From positions 11,298 to 75,297 of the forward strand of contig SUWG01000008.1 in the NCBI GenBank assembly GCA_015061625.1: a stretch of DNA of 64,000 bases, read 5' to 3'. A program made the translations under genes and the position numbers. Of this stretch, positions 53,079 to 62,632 are shown in pieces (within the stretch, counting starts at the first letter, position 1; every line of letters begins with the position of its first letter). The notes under the pieces are model-generated. The model had not been told where the DNA came from. It searched no databases and saw nothing but the letters and a program-made list of their open reading frames with translations. The stretch is from Lentisphaerota bacterium (GTDB lineage: Bacteria; Verrucomicrobiota; Lentisphaeria; Victivallales; Victivallaceae).

Positions 53079-54797
53079 TTAGAATTGCGGCATGGGGAAA
53101 GCGGCCATGAATGCTTTGACCTCTTCTCCGATGGCGGCCAGCGCGGCATCATCATCTTTGGCTGCCACGGCACGGTCGATAAATTCAGCGACTTTGACCA
53201 TATCCGCTTCTTTGAGACCGCGGGTGGTGATCGCCGGGGTACCGATACGGATACCGCTGGTGACGAAAGGTTTCTCCGGGTCGAAGGGGATCATGTTTTT
53301 GTTGGCGGTGATCCGGGCCTTATCCAATGCGTTGGCAACCTCTTTGCCGGTGGCGTGTTTCGGACGCAGGTCGATCAGGGCCAAATGGTTATCCGTGCCG
53401 CCGGAAACGATGCGGAAACCGCGGGCGGCCAATTCGGAAGCCAGTTTGGCGGCGTTGAGTTTCACCTGATGCTGATAGGCTTTGAATTCATCTTTGAGCG
53501 CCTCGCCGAAGCAGACGGCTTTGGCGGCGATGACGTGTTCCAGCGGTCCGCCCTGCAGACCGGGGAATACGGCGGAATTGATCGCTTTGATGTACTGTTC
53601 TTTGCAGAGGATCAGACCGCCGCGCGGGCCGCGCAGAGTTTTGTGGGTGGTGGTGGTCACGATATCGGCATACGGCACCGGGGAGGGGTGTTCACCGGCG
53701 GCGACCAGACCGGCGATGTGCGCCATATCGACAAAGAGGATGGCTCCGACTTTATCGGCGATTTCGCGCAGACGGGGGAAGTCGATGATCCGGGGGTAGG
53801 CACTGGCACCGGCAAGGATCATTTTGGGTTTGCACTCCAGGGCGAGTTTCTCAACTTCATCATAGTCGATGGCTTCAGTTTCGGCACTGACACCGTAGGG
53901 AACCATGTTGTAGAGTTTGCCGGAGAAGTTCAACGGGTGACCGTGAGTGAGGTGACCGCCGTGGTCAAGGCTCATGGCCAGCACGGTATCACCGGGCTGG
54001 CAGAGGGCGGTGTAGACCGCCTGATTGGCACCGCTGCCGCTGTGGGGCTGGACGTTGGCTGCTTCGGCACCGAAAAGTTTTTTGGCCCGTTCGATGGCGA
54101 GAGTTTCGACTTCGTCGATGAATTCGCAACCGTTGTAGTAACGTTTGCCGCTGTAACCTTCGGCATATTTATTGGTCAGCACCGATCCCTGGGCGGCGCG
54201 GACGGCGCAACTGGCGAAGTTTTCGCTGGCGATCAATTCGATACCGTCATTCTGGCGGGCGGCTTCCCGGTCGATCATGGCGGCAAGTTCCGGATCGGCA
54301 TCGCGCAGAGCGGCGATATCGTCGTAGGAGGCGGTCTCCAGTTTGGTCAGACGGCGGGTATGGCGGGCATCACCGCTGTAAGGGGTACTCAACCAGAGGG
54401 TGATGAATTCTTTCATTTCGTCAAGGGAAAGATTATCCCCGGAAAGCACCAGACAGTTGGAGCAGTTGTGTTCCCGGCTGGAAATGACATTCTTTTTGGC
54501 GTGGCAGAGGGCCGCGCGGACCCCGTGGTAACGGTTGGCGGCGATGCTCACTCCGATACCGGAACGGCAGAAAAGGATCGCGGCATCGGCATTGCCCAGC
54601 GCAACGGCTTTGGCGGCCGGCACGGCGAAATCCGGATAATCATCTTCCGGATCCATTTTGAATGCTCCGCAATCAAGCACTTCGTGACCGGTTTCCTTGA
54701 GGAATCCGGCGATTGCATTTTTGGCCTCAAAAGCACCGTGATCGGCACCGAGGGCGATCGTCAATTTGCGATTGGCGATATCAGTGATCTCTTTCAT
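53079..54797 (-). CDS. glyA: Fusion of ribose-5-phosphate isomerase B (RpiB/LacAB) and serine hydroxymethyltransferase
   Basis: N-terminal '[16 protein letters not shown]...[23 protein letters not shown]' is RpiB. After ~residue 170, '[11 protein letters not shown]...[18 protein letters not shown]...[14 protein letters not shown]' is SHMT with its PLP Lys. One uninterrupted ORF. Start moved to ATG 54797. Confidence 0.9.
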   Translation of the reverse strand: MKEITDIANRKLTIALGADHGAFEAKNAIAGFLKETGHEVLDCGAFKMDPEDDYPDFAVPAAKAVALGNADAAILFCRSGIGVSIAANRYHGVRAALCHAKKNVISSREHNCSNCLVLSGDNLSLDEMKEFITLWLSTPYSGDARHTRRLTKLETASYDDIAALRDADPELAAMIDREAARQNDGIELIASENFASCAVRAAQGSVLTNKYAEGYSGKRYYNGCEFIDEVETLAIERAKKLFGAEAANVQPHSGSGANQAVYTALCQPGDTVLAMSLDHGGHLTHGHPLNFSGKLYNMVPYGVSAETEAIDYDEVEKLALECKPKMILAGASAYPRIIDFPRLREIADKVGAILFVDMAHIAGLVAAGEHPSPVPYADIVTTTTHKTLRGPRGGLILCKEQYIKAINSAVFPGLQGGPLEHVIAAKAVCFGEALKDEFKAYQHQVKLNAAKLASELAARGFRIVSGGTDNHLALIDLRPKHATGKEVANALDKARITANKNMIPFDPEKPFVTSGIRIGTPAITTRGLKEADMVKVAEFIDRAVAAKDDDAALAAIGEEVKAFMAAFPMPQF

Positions 54798-55299
54798 TGA
54801 CTTTTCCTTTCTTTTCCGAGGGTTCATCCTCAAATTTATTGTTAAAAAATTCCATCCATTTTTCCAGCGCAGATTTTATTTCTGCGAAAGTTTCCCGGTA
54901 GACTGCCAGACTCTGACCGAATGGGTCAGGCACATCGCCGCCGCCGGAAAAGTGGCGCAAAAGAGCGCATTTTTCTGCCGCCTGCGGGTAACGCATGAGC
55001 AACTCCCGGCGGTGTGAATCACACATCGTCAGGATCAATGTGCTTGACCGCACCAGATCAAATGTCACGCTTTGTGAACGGAATGAAGCGGCATTTATAC
55101 CGTTTTCCTCCAGCACTGCCAGAGAATTGCGGCTCATCGCTTCCCCGTCAAAAGCATACAATCCGGCAGAAACACTGCGGAATCTGCCGCCGCTCAACTG
55201 CTCAAAACAATACTGTGCCAGCGGACTGCGGCAGGTATTGCCGGTGCAGATAAAAAGCACTTGCATTTCAGCAATGTCGTTTTCCGGAAAATCATCCAT
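54781..55299 (-). CDS. Low-molecular-weight protein-tyrosine phosphatase / ArsC-like family
   Basis: P-loop '[16 protein letters not shown]' (C-X5-R-S). An alternative start is ATG 55266 (MQVLFIC). Confidence 0.85.
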   Translation of the reverse strand: MDDFPENDIAEMQVLFICTGNTCRSPLAQYCFEQLSGGRFRSVSAGLYAFDGEAMSRNSLAVLEENGINAASFRSQSVTFDLVRSSTLILTMCDSHRRELLMRYPQAAEKCALLRHFSGGGDVPDPFGQSLAVYRETFAEIKSALEKWMEFFNNKFEDEPSEKKGKVNERDH

Positions 55300-55316
55300 T
55301 TATATAATATACCTCA

Positions 55317-56717
55317 TCAACGGCCGGATTCCAAACACGAAAGGCTTTCCAACCACTTGGAACAGCGTAATTTTTTAATAAAAACACATTCAGACTGGGA
55401 AATTTCACAATTTCCGGCTTCGTTTACCGCTCCGCAGGGACCGTTTTCCAATTTTTTCGGACAGTTTTTCAGACAGATGAAATGGTTTTGCGGCAATGTG
55501 CATTGCTCACATCCCTGGCAGTTGGCGAGCAGTTTTTTCAACAGGTAATCCCGGTTGGGCCGCTGACGGTCGGCTTTGGCGAATAAAAGACGCTTGAGCC
55601 GGTAGCAGGCTTTTTCTTTCCAGTCATATTTTTCTTCTCCGTAAGAGGAGATCGCCGGCGGGTCGTCGAATGGATAGGGCCGCCGCAACACCCGGTCATA
55701 AAGGTGAAAGCGGTTCCATCCTCCGCTCATTTCGGCTCCGGCCTGATGGGAGTTGTACTCATCCAGCCAATGCTCAAAGGTGCGGAATTCCTGCAACGCC
55801 GAACGGATGCGGGAAGCGACCACCTGCGCCCGGCCGGGATAATCCACTCCGGCTATCTGCACGCCGCTGTAACCCATCAGGCGGCATCCGGCGCATTGCA
55901 ATTCGATGCGCCGGTACTGGGCGGCCTCAAACTGCGCTTTACTGCCGGATAATTCTCTGGCGAGCAGTTTGCGGAATGCCGGAGTCATCCTCACGCCGGG
56001 GATCTTACCGGCGATGATCTTTTCGGCTTTGTCCGGAGAAAGCAGTGTCAGGTGGGCGATCATCGGTATATAAGACTGGCGGTTGAGCAGAAACCACGCC
56101 ATAGTCTGATTCTGCAGCATATCCCAGCCGCTTTGGGAAATGATGAATTTAGTTTCGGCTTCCACTTTGCCGGCCAGAGAGTTGTACGAGGCGAGAATGG
56201 TATTCTTATCGTAGTGGAAAGGATTGAATTGACATCCGGCAAAAAACGGCTCACTTCTGCGGGAGATCAACTTGAGCTGTTCGGTGCTGCCGCAGAAATT
56301 TCTTGCTTTACATTCACGCATGGTCAATCCGGCGGCATTGCCGGTGACACAGGCCAGATTCATGATCCCGGCATTTCCGGCGATATTCAACTGTTCATCG
56401 ATCTTATCCGCTGACCGGTTGCATCCGGAAAGGAAATAACAGTGGTTGTTGCGCATATTTTCCGGCAGAGCCGCGCCGAGTTCCACTGCGCTCCACGGCG
56501 AACCGTAGAGGTCGGTAATGGCCAATCCGCCGCACAGATCCTGCTGTTTGGTCATCATTTCGGCCAGCGGCATGAGCCTTTCGGCGGCGTTTTCGCAGTA
56601 TCTTTCATTATCCGGGCAGTTGCATTCGGCGAGAAAGACGAAATTGCCGTTGTTCAGGGCATCCTTGAAAGAGTTGCCGGAATTATTCAAATTCATGTCA
56701 AGTTGAAATTCGCTCAT
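55317..56717 (-). CDS. Methylenetetrahydrofolate-reductase-like protein with C-terminal MetV-type Cys-rich domain
   Basis: C-terminal 'CQGCEQCTLPQNHFICLKNCPKKLENGPCGAVNEAGNCEISQSECVFI' matches the MTHFR_C/MetV pattern (CP...CPK...NGPCGG...CE). The N-terminal ~300 aa are MetF-like by loose pattern only. Confidence 0.55.
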   Translation of the reverse strand: MSEFQLDMNLNNSGNSFKDALNNGNFVFLAECNCPDNERYCENAAERLMPLAEMMTKQQDLCGGLAITDLYGSPWSAVELGAALPENMRNNHCYFLSGCNRSADKIDEQLNIAGNAGIMNLACVTGNAAGLTMRECKARNFCGSTEQLKLISRRSEPFFAGCQFNPFHYDKNTILASYNSLAGKVEAETKFIISQSGWDMLQNQTMAWFLLNRQSYIPMIAHLTLLSPDKAEKIIAGKIPGVRMTPAFRKLLARELSGSKAQFEAAQYRRIELQCAGCRLMGYSGVQIAGVDYPGRAQVVASRIRSALQEFRTFEHWLDEYNSHQAGAEMSGGWNRFHLYDRVLRRPYPFDDPPAISSYGEEKYDWKEKACYRLKRLLFAKADRQRPNRDYLLKKLLANCQGCEQCTLPQNHFICLKNCPKKLENGPCGAVNEAGNCEISQSECVFIKKLRCSKWLESLSCLESGR

Positions 56718-57742
56718 CTGGCATCCTCCGGTTTTTGGCGGTCAACGATGAAAAATATGGAACCGGTAAGGTTGAAAAGAACCAATATCAAGGTGGATAA
56801 GAGTTGCGCAGTACCGGCGGCGGCCACCGGATATCCGGCGGAAACCAGCAATGCCACTGTCACGGCATCTCTGGCACCGATGCCGCCGGGAAACAGCGGC
56901 AGCAAACCGGCGATATTGCCGATGACCACCGCTGAAATCACCGGGATAAAGCGGATAGTCAAACCGGAACCGCTTAAAAGCGACATCATGGCAACGGCCG
57001 GAAGCAGATGGATGAGCAGAAAAGTTACCGCCACCCAGAAAAACAACTGCATACCATTGCTTCTGTAAGTGTCTGCGGCAGTGGATAAGCGGGTGATTTT
57101 ACCGGCACTTTTCCGGTCGGCAAAGAGCATAAGTTGTTTGATGCCGGGGAGTTTTTCGATTTTACGGTGCAGGAATAAAGCCGCTCCGGCGGTCAACCCG
57201 GCGGCGCATACTCCGGAAAATATCCACCACAGGGTTATTCCGGCAAAAGAATTCGGAGCCTCCTGGATATGCAGATTGGCAAAGTTTTCCCATGAAAAGC
57301 AAAGCATGATCAACGCCAGCAGAAAGAGGGCGATCATGCCGACGACCCGATCCATCAGAATTGAAAAAATCCCTTCGGTGCGGCTGCCGGATTTGACGTG
57401 TTTGGTCAAAGCCGCCATTTTTACCACATCGCCGCCGATGGCACCGCCGGGGATGACCAGCGAAAAGAATAATCCTTGCATGGTCAGGGAAAATGCTCCG
57501 GTTCGGGTCAGGGGGATATCGATCAGAGCCGCCAATGCCCGCCAGCGCAAAGCGGCGATGAATGTGGCAGCGACCGAACAGGCGAAAGCGGGGATGACGG
57601 TAACGTAATCAAATCCGGCGAAAGTGTTGCGCAGATCACCGGATTTGGTGCGGTAGAACCAGATGATCACGGCGGCGGCAACGGCGAATTTGATCACCAT
57701 CCGGATAGTGCCGGAAAAATTTTTTCTGTTTTCTTCAGTCAT
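56714..57742 (-). CDS. UPF0104 / lysyl-phosphatidylglycerol-synthase-TM-like (flippase-like) membrane protein
   Basis: About 8 TM helices, 'IAALRWRALAALIDIPL' and 'LFPGGIGARDAV'. ATGA overlap with the next gene. Confidence 0.6.
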   Translation of the reverse strand: MTEENRKNFSGTIRMVIKFAVAAAVIIWFYRTKSGDLRNTFAGFDYVTVIPAFACSVAATFIAALRWRALAALIDIPLTRTGAFSLTMQGLFFSLVIPGGAIGGDVVKMAALTKHVKSGSRTEGIFSILMDRVVGMIALFLLALIMLCFSWENFANLHIQEAPNSFAGITLWWIFSGVCAAGLTAGAALFLHRKIEKLPGIKQLMLFADRKSAGKITRLSTAADTYRSNGMQLFFWVAVTFLLIHLLPAVAMMSLLSGSGLTIRFIPVISAVVIGNIAGLLPLFPGGIGARDAVTVALLVSAGYPVAAAGTAQLLSTLILVLFNLTGSIFFIVDRQKPEDAR

Positions 57743-57945
57743 CCTGTTTACTGCCCCCGGTTGAAGTGTAAAATGTAATTATATAATATATATGTACTTT
57801 GCTGTTTTCTCAAGAGACAAATTCAAAAGTCCTTGAAAATTCTTGATCGGCGGCAAATTAAAAATGACGGCAAATGTAAAGATTGCGGCGAAATCGACCT
57901 TGCCGGCTTGCCTGGTGGGGAATCGGTTGCACACTGAAAATTGTT

Positions 57946-57980
57946 TAAAAACAAAAAGCACCGGATTTTACTCCGATGCT
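57946..57980 (-). terminator. Intrinsic terminator after tRNA-Asp
   Basis: Minus-strand RNA forms AGCAUCGGA-GUAAAA-UCCGGUGCU (9 bp including one G.U pair), followed by TTTTTGTTTTT. Confidence 0.6.
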
Positions 57981-57991
57981 TCGTAAAATAA

Positions 57992-58068
57992 TGGCGAGAG
58001 AGACGGGACTCGAACCCGCAACATCCACCGTGACAGGGTGGCACTCTGACCAGTTGAGCTACTCCCCC
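57992..58068 (-). tRNA. tRNA-Asp(GTC): tRNA-Asp, anticodon GTC, CCA encoded
   Basis: Manual cloverleaf on the minus strand: acceptor GGGGGAG/CTCTCTC (two G.U pairs), D-arm GCTC-AACTGGTCA-GAGT, anticodon arm CCACC-CTGTCAC-GGTGG, T-arm GCGGG-TTCGAGT-CCCGT, discriminator G, then CCA. The anticodon and T arms closely resemble E. coli tRNA-Asp as I recall it. Confidence 0.9.
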
Positions 58069-58288
58069 GCGCCATATCTTTATCAGCCGTTGACTTCGTT
58101 GTGTATCGCTGTCAACAGTTACATAAAATACATCCGTTTTGAGAAAATGCAAGCGTTTTTCTGACGATTTTTGCAAAAAAAACAAAAAAAATGCGTCAGG
58201 GAGCGTTTTTTTGCTTTTTCAGGTTGACTTTTTGCCAATTTCGGACTATCTTTAAGAATCGTCTCATTTTAAAAGAAAGGATTTTATT

Positions 58289-58915
58289 ATGGCTATTGAG
58301 TTGAAAAATGATTCCGACCGTCTCTCTTACGCTCTGGCGATGAATTTTGCCATCAGTATTCAGCAGTTGCCGGTCAAGGTCGATCTGCCCCTGCTGGGTA
58401 ATGCCGTGGCAGAGATTCTCAACGGTGAAGAATTCAAACTGACCAAAGAGGAATACGCTATCCAGATGCGCCGGATGCAGGAACTTCTCCACGAAGTAGA
58501 GGAAAAGAAAAATGCCGACAGCGAAGAGATCCTCGCGGCGGAAAAGAAGTTCTTTGAAGAAAACGCCAAAAAACAGGGCGTGGTCACCACCAAAAACGGT
58601 TTGCAATATCAGGTGCTGGTCGAGGGCAGCGGCGAAAAACCCGGCCGTACCGATGTCGTCAAAGTCCATTATGAAGGTCAACTGCCCAACGGTAAAGTTT
58701 TCGACAGTTCCATTGCCCGCGGCGAACCGATCGAATTTCCGCTCGATCATGTCATCCCCGGCTGGACGGAGGGCGTGCAGTTGATGAAAGTCGGTGCCAA
58801 ATACCGCTTTTTCATCCCCTCACGGCTCGGTTACGGAGCGCATGGCGCAGGTAACGCCATCCCGCCGCACTCCACTTTGATCTTTGTGGTCGAATTGCTG
58901 GATATCAAACGCTGA
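58289..58915 (+). CDS. FKBP-type peptidyl-prolyl cis-trans isomerase (FkpA/Mip-like, no signal peptide seen)
   Basis: 'GLQYQVLVEGSGEKPGRTDVVKVHYEGQLPNGKVFDSS...FPLDHVIPGWTEGVQLMKVGAKYRFFIPSRLGYG'. Confidence 0.9.
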   Translation: MAIELKNDSDRLSYALAMNFAISIQQLPVKVDLPLLGNAVAEILNGEEFKLTKEEYAIQMRRMQELLHEVEEKKNADSEEILAAEKKFFEENAKKQGVVTTKNGLQYQVLVEGSGEKPGRTDVVKVHYEGQLPNGKVFDSSIARGEPIEFPLDHVIPGWTEGVQLMKVGAKYRFFIPSRLGYGAHGAGNAIPPHSTLIFVVELLDIKR

Positions 58916-58934
58916 TTTATTCAGGATACAAAGC

Positions 58935-58971
58935 AGGCTGTTGCAGAAATTTTCCGCAACAGCCTTTTTTG
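58935..58971 (+). terminator. Rho-independent terminator after the FKBP gene
   Basis: 10-bp stem AGGCTGTTGC (58935-58944) / GCAACAGCCT (58956-58965), then TTTTTTG. Confidence 0.7.
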
Positions 58972-58995
58972 TGTTCAACTAAGGATGGAAAATTC

Positions 58996-60711
58996 TTACT
59001 TACTGATATAATATGGCGTGGTGTTGAGAATGGTCAAAGCGGTTTCGCCGAAAAGTTCCACCCGGACGAAGTGTTTGGCTTCATAGTCGGGCAGGGTGAT
59101 ATCCATATTCACGCTCTGTGCATCGGGATTTTGGGAATAGATCACTTTATCATCGGCATAGACCCGGATTTCGGTGATCTTTTCCTTGCGGGTTTCAGCC
59201 GTGACGTGGAGCAGTTTTTCCGTGCCGGAAATTTCATCACCGGGAATGGCTCCATTGAGCGTGATATCCGCTTCGTTGAAACTCAAGGCGGAAATGGTGT
59301 GACCGTTGCGGATGGCTTTGGCCACGGAATCACGGCAGGGCTTTTCACCATTGAGATAGATGAAGTTCACTGCCGGATAATCGACGATGCGCTGGAAACC
59401 GAAAAGGTCAACGGAAACCATCGACGCCATTTTGCGGCCGGTAAGCCAGAATCTTTCCATTTCCGTTCCCTGCCAGGTTTTCAGCGGCTCCTGATCGACC
59501 GCATCAAAGGGCAGATCGAACCAGTAATCCAGATTCCACGGGTGCGTAGCGATGGCTACGCCGTGGTGTTCATGGATGTAGTTCAGGGCTTTGGGCAGAT
59601 ATTCTGCCACTTCTCCGTCACCGAAAAGACTGCGGGTGAATTCCTGGGTGTAGGCATCGTGGTCGATACCGACTGCCAGCATATGATAGCAGTTGTGACT
59701 GACGGCATCGTGGCGGTCGCCCCAGTTGAAAGGATGATATTCCTGACCGTCGAGGAAGAGTACCTTGTCATCGGAATATTTGGCCGGATCGAGTTTGCCG
59801 TCATAAGGCGCGGCATCTTTCACGGCGAAACTGCAAATGTCAAAGCCCATATAACGCATCATGGCATTGATGGTGCCGGGAGCGGAGTCTGCGCCGTACC
59901 AATCCAGCGAATGCATATGCACGGTAAGTTTGTAGTTGCGCTTGTCGGCGGGGAATTCCGGAGTTTTCACTTCCGGCGGAGTGATACCGTTTTTGAAGTT
60001 CTCAAAATGCGCCATCAAATTGCGCATATATTTTTTCCAGAATGCCAAACATCTTTCCGCGCCACTGTCCAGCACTTCCGGCACAAGTATCTGGTTGAGA
60101 AAGTAGAGACCTTTACCGTATTTCGCCTGTAAAACCAAGGCACCGTCTTTGACCATCGGATCCATATATGAGCCGAGAACTTCCCAGTTGCCATTGGCGA
60201 CAAAGCAACTCAAAGCGGCGGTGGCGACTTTTTCGACCGGGGCATTGTTTTCTTTGACGATACGGAAGGAATTGACTTGAATATTCCAGTCGATCAATTC
60301 ATCATGAGTGATCTTTTCGGGATAGTTGAAAAGCGATTTTTCCTCCATCCACGGCATCATGTAACATTTGTAGGGGCGTTTGATCTCATCACAACTGCTG
60401 ATCGTGCTGACGTAACGGTGGATGAGCATGGTATGGCCCAACTCATGCGGCAGGAAGTAGGGGGCCCAGCGTTCATAATCCTGATGCATGAAGAAAATGA
60501 TACCGCCGCGGGCGACCCATTCGCGGATATATAATTCATCATTTTCCACATAGTCGTTGAAGCCGTTTTGTTCGATGAGAACCACATCATATTTTTCCAG
60601 ATAACCTTTTTGGGAAAAATCAATTTTTTCGATATCGTAGCCCTCGGCTTTGAGAAAATCGATAAAACTCCAGATCGGTCTGGACCAGTGTTCAAAATAT
60701 CCGATACGCAT
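58996..60711 (-). CDS. Conserved hypothetical two-domain protein, tandem paralog A (N-terminal ThuA/GATase1-like?, C-terminal PHP/CehA-McbA-like metallohydrolase?)
   Basis: 571 aa with AAAGGAAA upstream. 'TVHMHSLDWYGADS' (HxH), 'LAVGIDHDAY', 'IHEHHGVAIATHPW'. The domain calls rest on weak pattern matches. Confidence 0.6.
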   Translation of the reverse strand: MRIGYFEHWSRPIWSFIDFLKAEGYDIEKIDFSQKGYLEKYDVVLIEQNGFNDYVENDELYIREWVARGGIIFFMHQDYERWAPYFLPHELGHTMLIHRYVSTISSCDEIKRPYKCYMMPWMEEKSLFNYPEKITHDELIDWNIQVNSFRIVKENNAPVEKVATAALSCFVANGNWEVLGSYMDPMVKDGALVLQAKYGKGLYFLNQILVPEVLDSGAERCLAFWKKYMRNLMAHFENFKNGITPPEVKTPEFPADKRNYKLTVHMHSLDWYGADSAPGTINAMMRYMGFDICSFAVKDAAPYDGKLDPAKYSDDKVLFLDGQEYHPFNWGDRHDAVSHNCYHMLAVGIDHDAYTQEFTRSLFGDGEVAEYLPKALNYIHEHHGVAIATHPWNLDYWFDLPFDAVDQEPLKTWQGTEMERFWLTGRKMASMVSVDLFGFQRIVDYPAVNFIYLNGEKPCRDSVAKAIRNGHTISALSFNEADITLNGAIPGDEISGTEKLLHVTAETRKEKITEIRVYADDKVIYSQNPDAQSVNMDITLPDYEAKHFVRVELFGETALTILNTTPYYISK

Positions 60712-60750
60712 AAAAATTTCCTTTATGTTATATTTAACATGGCGTGATAT

Positions 60751-60778
60751 AATATATCCCCTGTTCTTTTCATGTCAA
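60751..60778 (-). promoter_or_regulatory. Possible sigma70 promoter for paralog A
   Basis: Minus strand: TTGACA (60778..60773), 16-nt spacer, TATATT (60756..60751), ~40 nt upstream of the ATG. Confidence 0.5.
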
Positions 60779-60822
60779 GATACTCCGGGGCAAAAAACGG
60801 TGAAAGTTTACCCGGCAGAAAT

Positions 60823-60858
60823 CAACTGCCACAGATGTTGAATGATCTGCGGCAGTTG
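60823..60858 (-). terminator. Possible terminator hairpin between the two paralogs
   Basis: 14-bp stem CAACTGCCGCAGAT / ATCTGTGGCAGTTG on the minus-strand RNA. The single non-Watson-Crick position is G.U on the minus strand but A.C on the plus strand. The T-run is weak (ATTTCT). Confidence 0.4.
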
Positions 60859-60889
60859 CAAGTATTCAAATTTTCCGTAAAACAGCGTA

Positions 60890-62602
60890 TTACTTTTTGA
60901 TATAATACGGAGTAGTATTCAATGCGGTTATCTCTGTTTCTCCGAAAAGTTCCACCCGGATGAAGTGTTTGGCTTCATAGTCGGGCAGAGTGATATCCAT
61001 ATCCACGCTCTGCGCATCGGGATTTTGGGAATAGATCACTTTATCATCGGCATAGACCCGGATTTCGGTGATCTTTTCCTTGCGGGTTTCAGCAGTGACG
61101 TGGAGCAGTTTTTCCGTGCCGGAAATTTCATCACCGGGAATGGCTCCATTGAGCGTGATATCCGCTTCGTTGAAACTCAAGGCGGAAATGGTGTGCCCGT
61201 TGCGGATGGCTTTGGCCACGGAATCACGGCAGGGTTTTTCACCATTGAGATAGATGAAGTTCACCGCCGGATAATCGACGATGCGCTGGAAACCGAAAAG
61301 GTCAACGGAAACCATCGATGCCATTTTACGGCCGGTCAGCCAGAATCTTTCCATTTCGGTTCCCTGCCAGGTTTTCAGCGGCTCCTGATCGACCGCATCA
61401 AAGGGCAGATCGAACCAGTAGTCCAGATTCCACGGGTGCGTGGCAATGGCGATACCGTTGTTGCGGTGGATATGATCCAATGCTTTTTTCTGGTAGGCTG
61501 CAACATCCGCATCGCCGAAAAGACTGCGGGTGAATTCCGGGGTGTAGGCATTGTGATCGATGCCTACCGCCAGAATGTGATAAACGTTGTGGTTCACGCC
61601 GCCATGCCGGTCGCCCCAGTTGAAAGGATGATACTCCTGACCGTCGAGGAAGAGTACCTTATCATCGGAATATTTGGCCGGATCGAGTTTGCCGTCATAA
61701 GGCGCGGCATCTTTCAGGGCGAAACTGCAAATATCAAAGCCCATATAACGCATCATGGCGTTGATGGTGCCGGGAGCGGAGTCTGCGCCGTACCAATCCA
61801 GCGAATGCATATGCACGGTAAGTTTGTAGTTGCGCTTACCGGCGGGGAATTCCGGAGTTTTCACTTCCGGCGGAGTGATACCGTTTTTGAAGTTCTCAAA
61901 ATGCGCCATCAAATTGCGCATATATTTTTTCCAGAATGCCAAACATCTTTCCGCGCCACTGTCCAGCACTTCCGGCACAAGGATCTGGTTGAGGAAGTAG
62001 AGACCTTTACCGTATTTCGCCTGTAAAACCAATGCGCCGTTTTTGATGCCCGGATCCATATATGAACCGAGCGTTTCCCACTGACCGTCAGCCATAAAGC
62101 AGCTTAAAGCGGCGGTGGCGACAGTTTCTGTGGGATCTTCAAAGGTACTGCGGTGGCTGAGCAGACGGAAAGTATTCACCTTCATTTCCCAGCCGATCAA
62201 TTCGTCATGAGTGATCTTTTCGGGATAGTTGAAAAGCGATTTTTCCTCCATCCACGGCATCATATAGCATTTGTAAGGTCTGCCGATGAATACCGTATCT
62301 ATATAGCGGTTGATCAGCGTGGTTTGACCGAGTTCATGCGGCAGGAAATAGGGGGCCCAGCGTTCATAATTCTGGTGCATGAAAAAGAATATACCGCCGC
62401 GGGCGACCCATTCGCGGATATACAACTCATCGTTTTCGATGAAATCATTGAAGCCATTCTGTTCGACCAGAGCAATGTCGTAATTTTCCAGATAACCGCG
62501 TTTGGAATAGTCGATCTTTTCAATATCGTAGCCCTCGGCTTTGAGAAATTCGATAAAACTCCAAGTCGGTCTGCACCAGTGTTCAAAATATCCGATACGC
62601 AT
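60890..62602 (-). CDS. Conserved hypothetical two-domain protein, tandem paralog B
   Basis: 570 aa, collinear with paralog A and with long identical blocks. AAGGAG lies upstream. Confidence 0.6.
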   Translation of the reverse strand: MRIGYFEHWCRPTWSFIEFLKAEGYDIEKIDYSKRGYLENYDIALVEQNGFNDFIENDELYIREWVARGGIFFFMHQNYERWAPYFLPHELGQTTLINRYIDTVFIGRPYKCYMMPWMEEKSLFNYPEKITHDELIGWEMKVNTFRLLSHRSTFEDPTETVATAALSCFMADGQWETLGSYMDPGIKNGALVLQAKYGKGLYFLNQILVPEVLDSGAERCLAFWKKYMRNLMAHFENFKNGITPPEVKTPEFPAGKRNYKLTVHMHSLDWYGADSAPGTINAMMRYMGFDICSFALKDAAPYDGKLDPAKYSDDKVLFLDGQEYHPFNWGDRHGGVNHNVYHILAVGIDHNAYTPEFTRSLFGDADVAAYQKKALDHIHRNNGIAIATHPWNLDYWFDLPFDAVDQEPLKTWQGTEMERFWLTGRKMASMVSVDLFGFQRIVDYPAVNFIYLNGEKPCRDSVAKAIRNGHTISALSFNEADITLNGAIPGDEISGTEKLLHVTAETRKEKITEIRVYADDKVIYSQNPDAQSVDMDITLPDYEAKHFIRVELFGETEITALNTTPYYIKK

Positions 62603-62632
62603 AAAAAACTCCTTTTTTTCAGGTTCCGTAAT

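Noticed and set aside
53085-54800. 571-aa plus-strand ORF
   Set aside because: It is antisense to the RpiB-SHMT gene, which has unambiguous motifs. The translation is Gly/Asp/Phe-rich with no motif, a typical shadow ORF.
57823-58185. 120-aa and 62-aa ORFs overlapping 57976..58164
   Set aside because: They overlap a well-formed tRNA-Asp cloverleaf and its terminator, so they are non-coding.
58969-62026. 387-aa and 353-aa plus-strand ORFs (58969..60132, 60965..62026)
   Set aside because: They mirror the two paralog genes on the minus strand. They are duplicated only because the underlying genes are duplicated, and they have no start signals.
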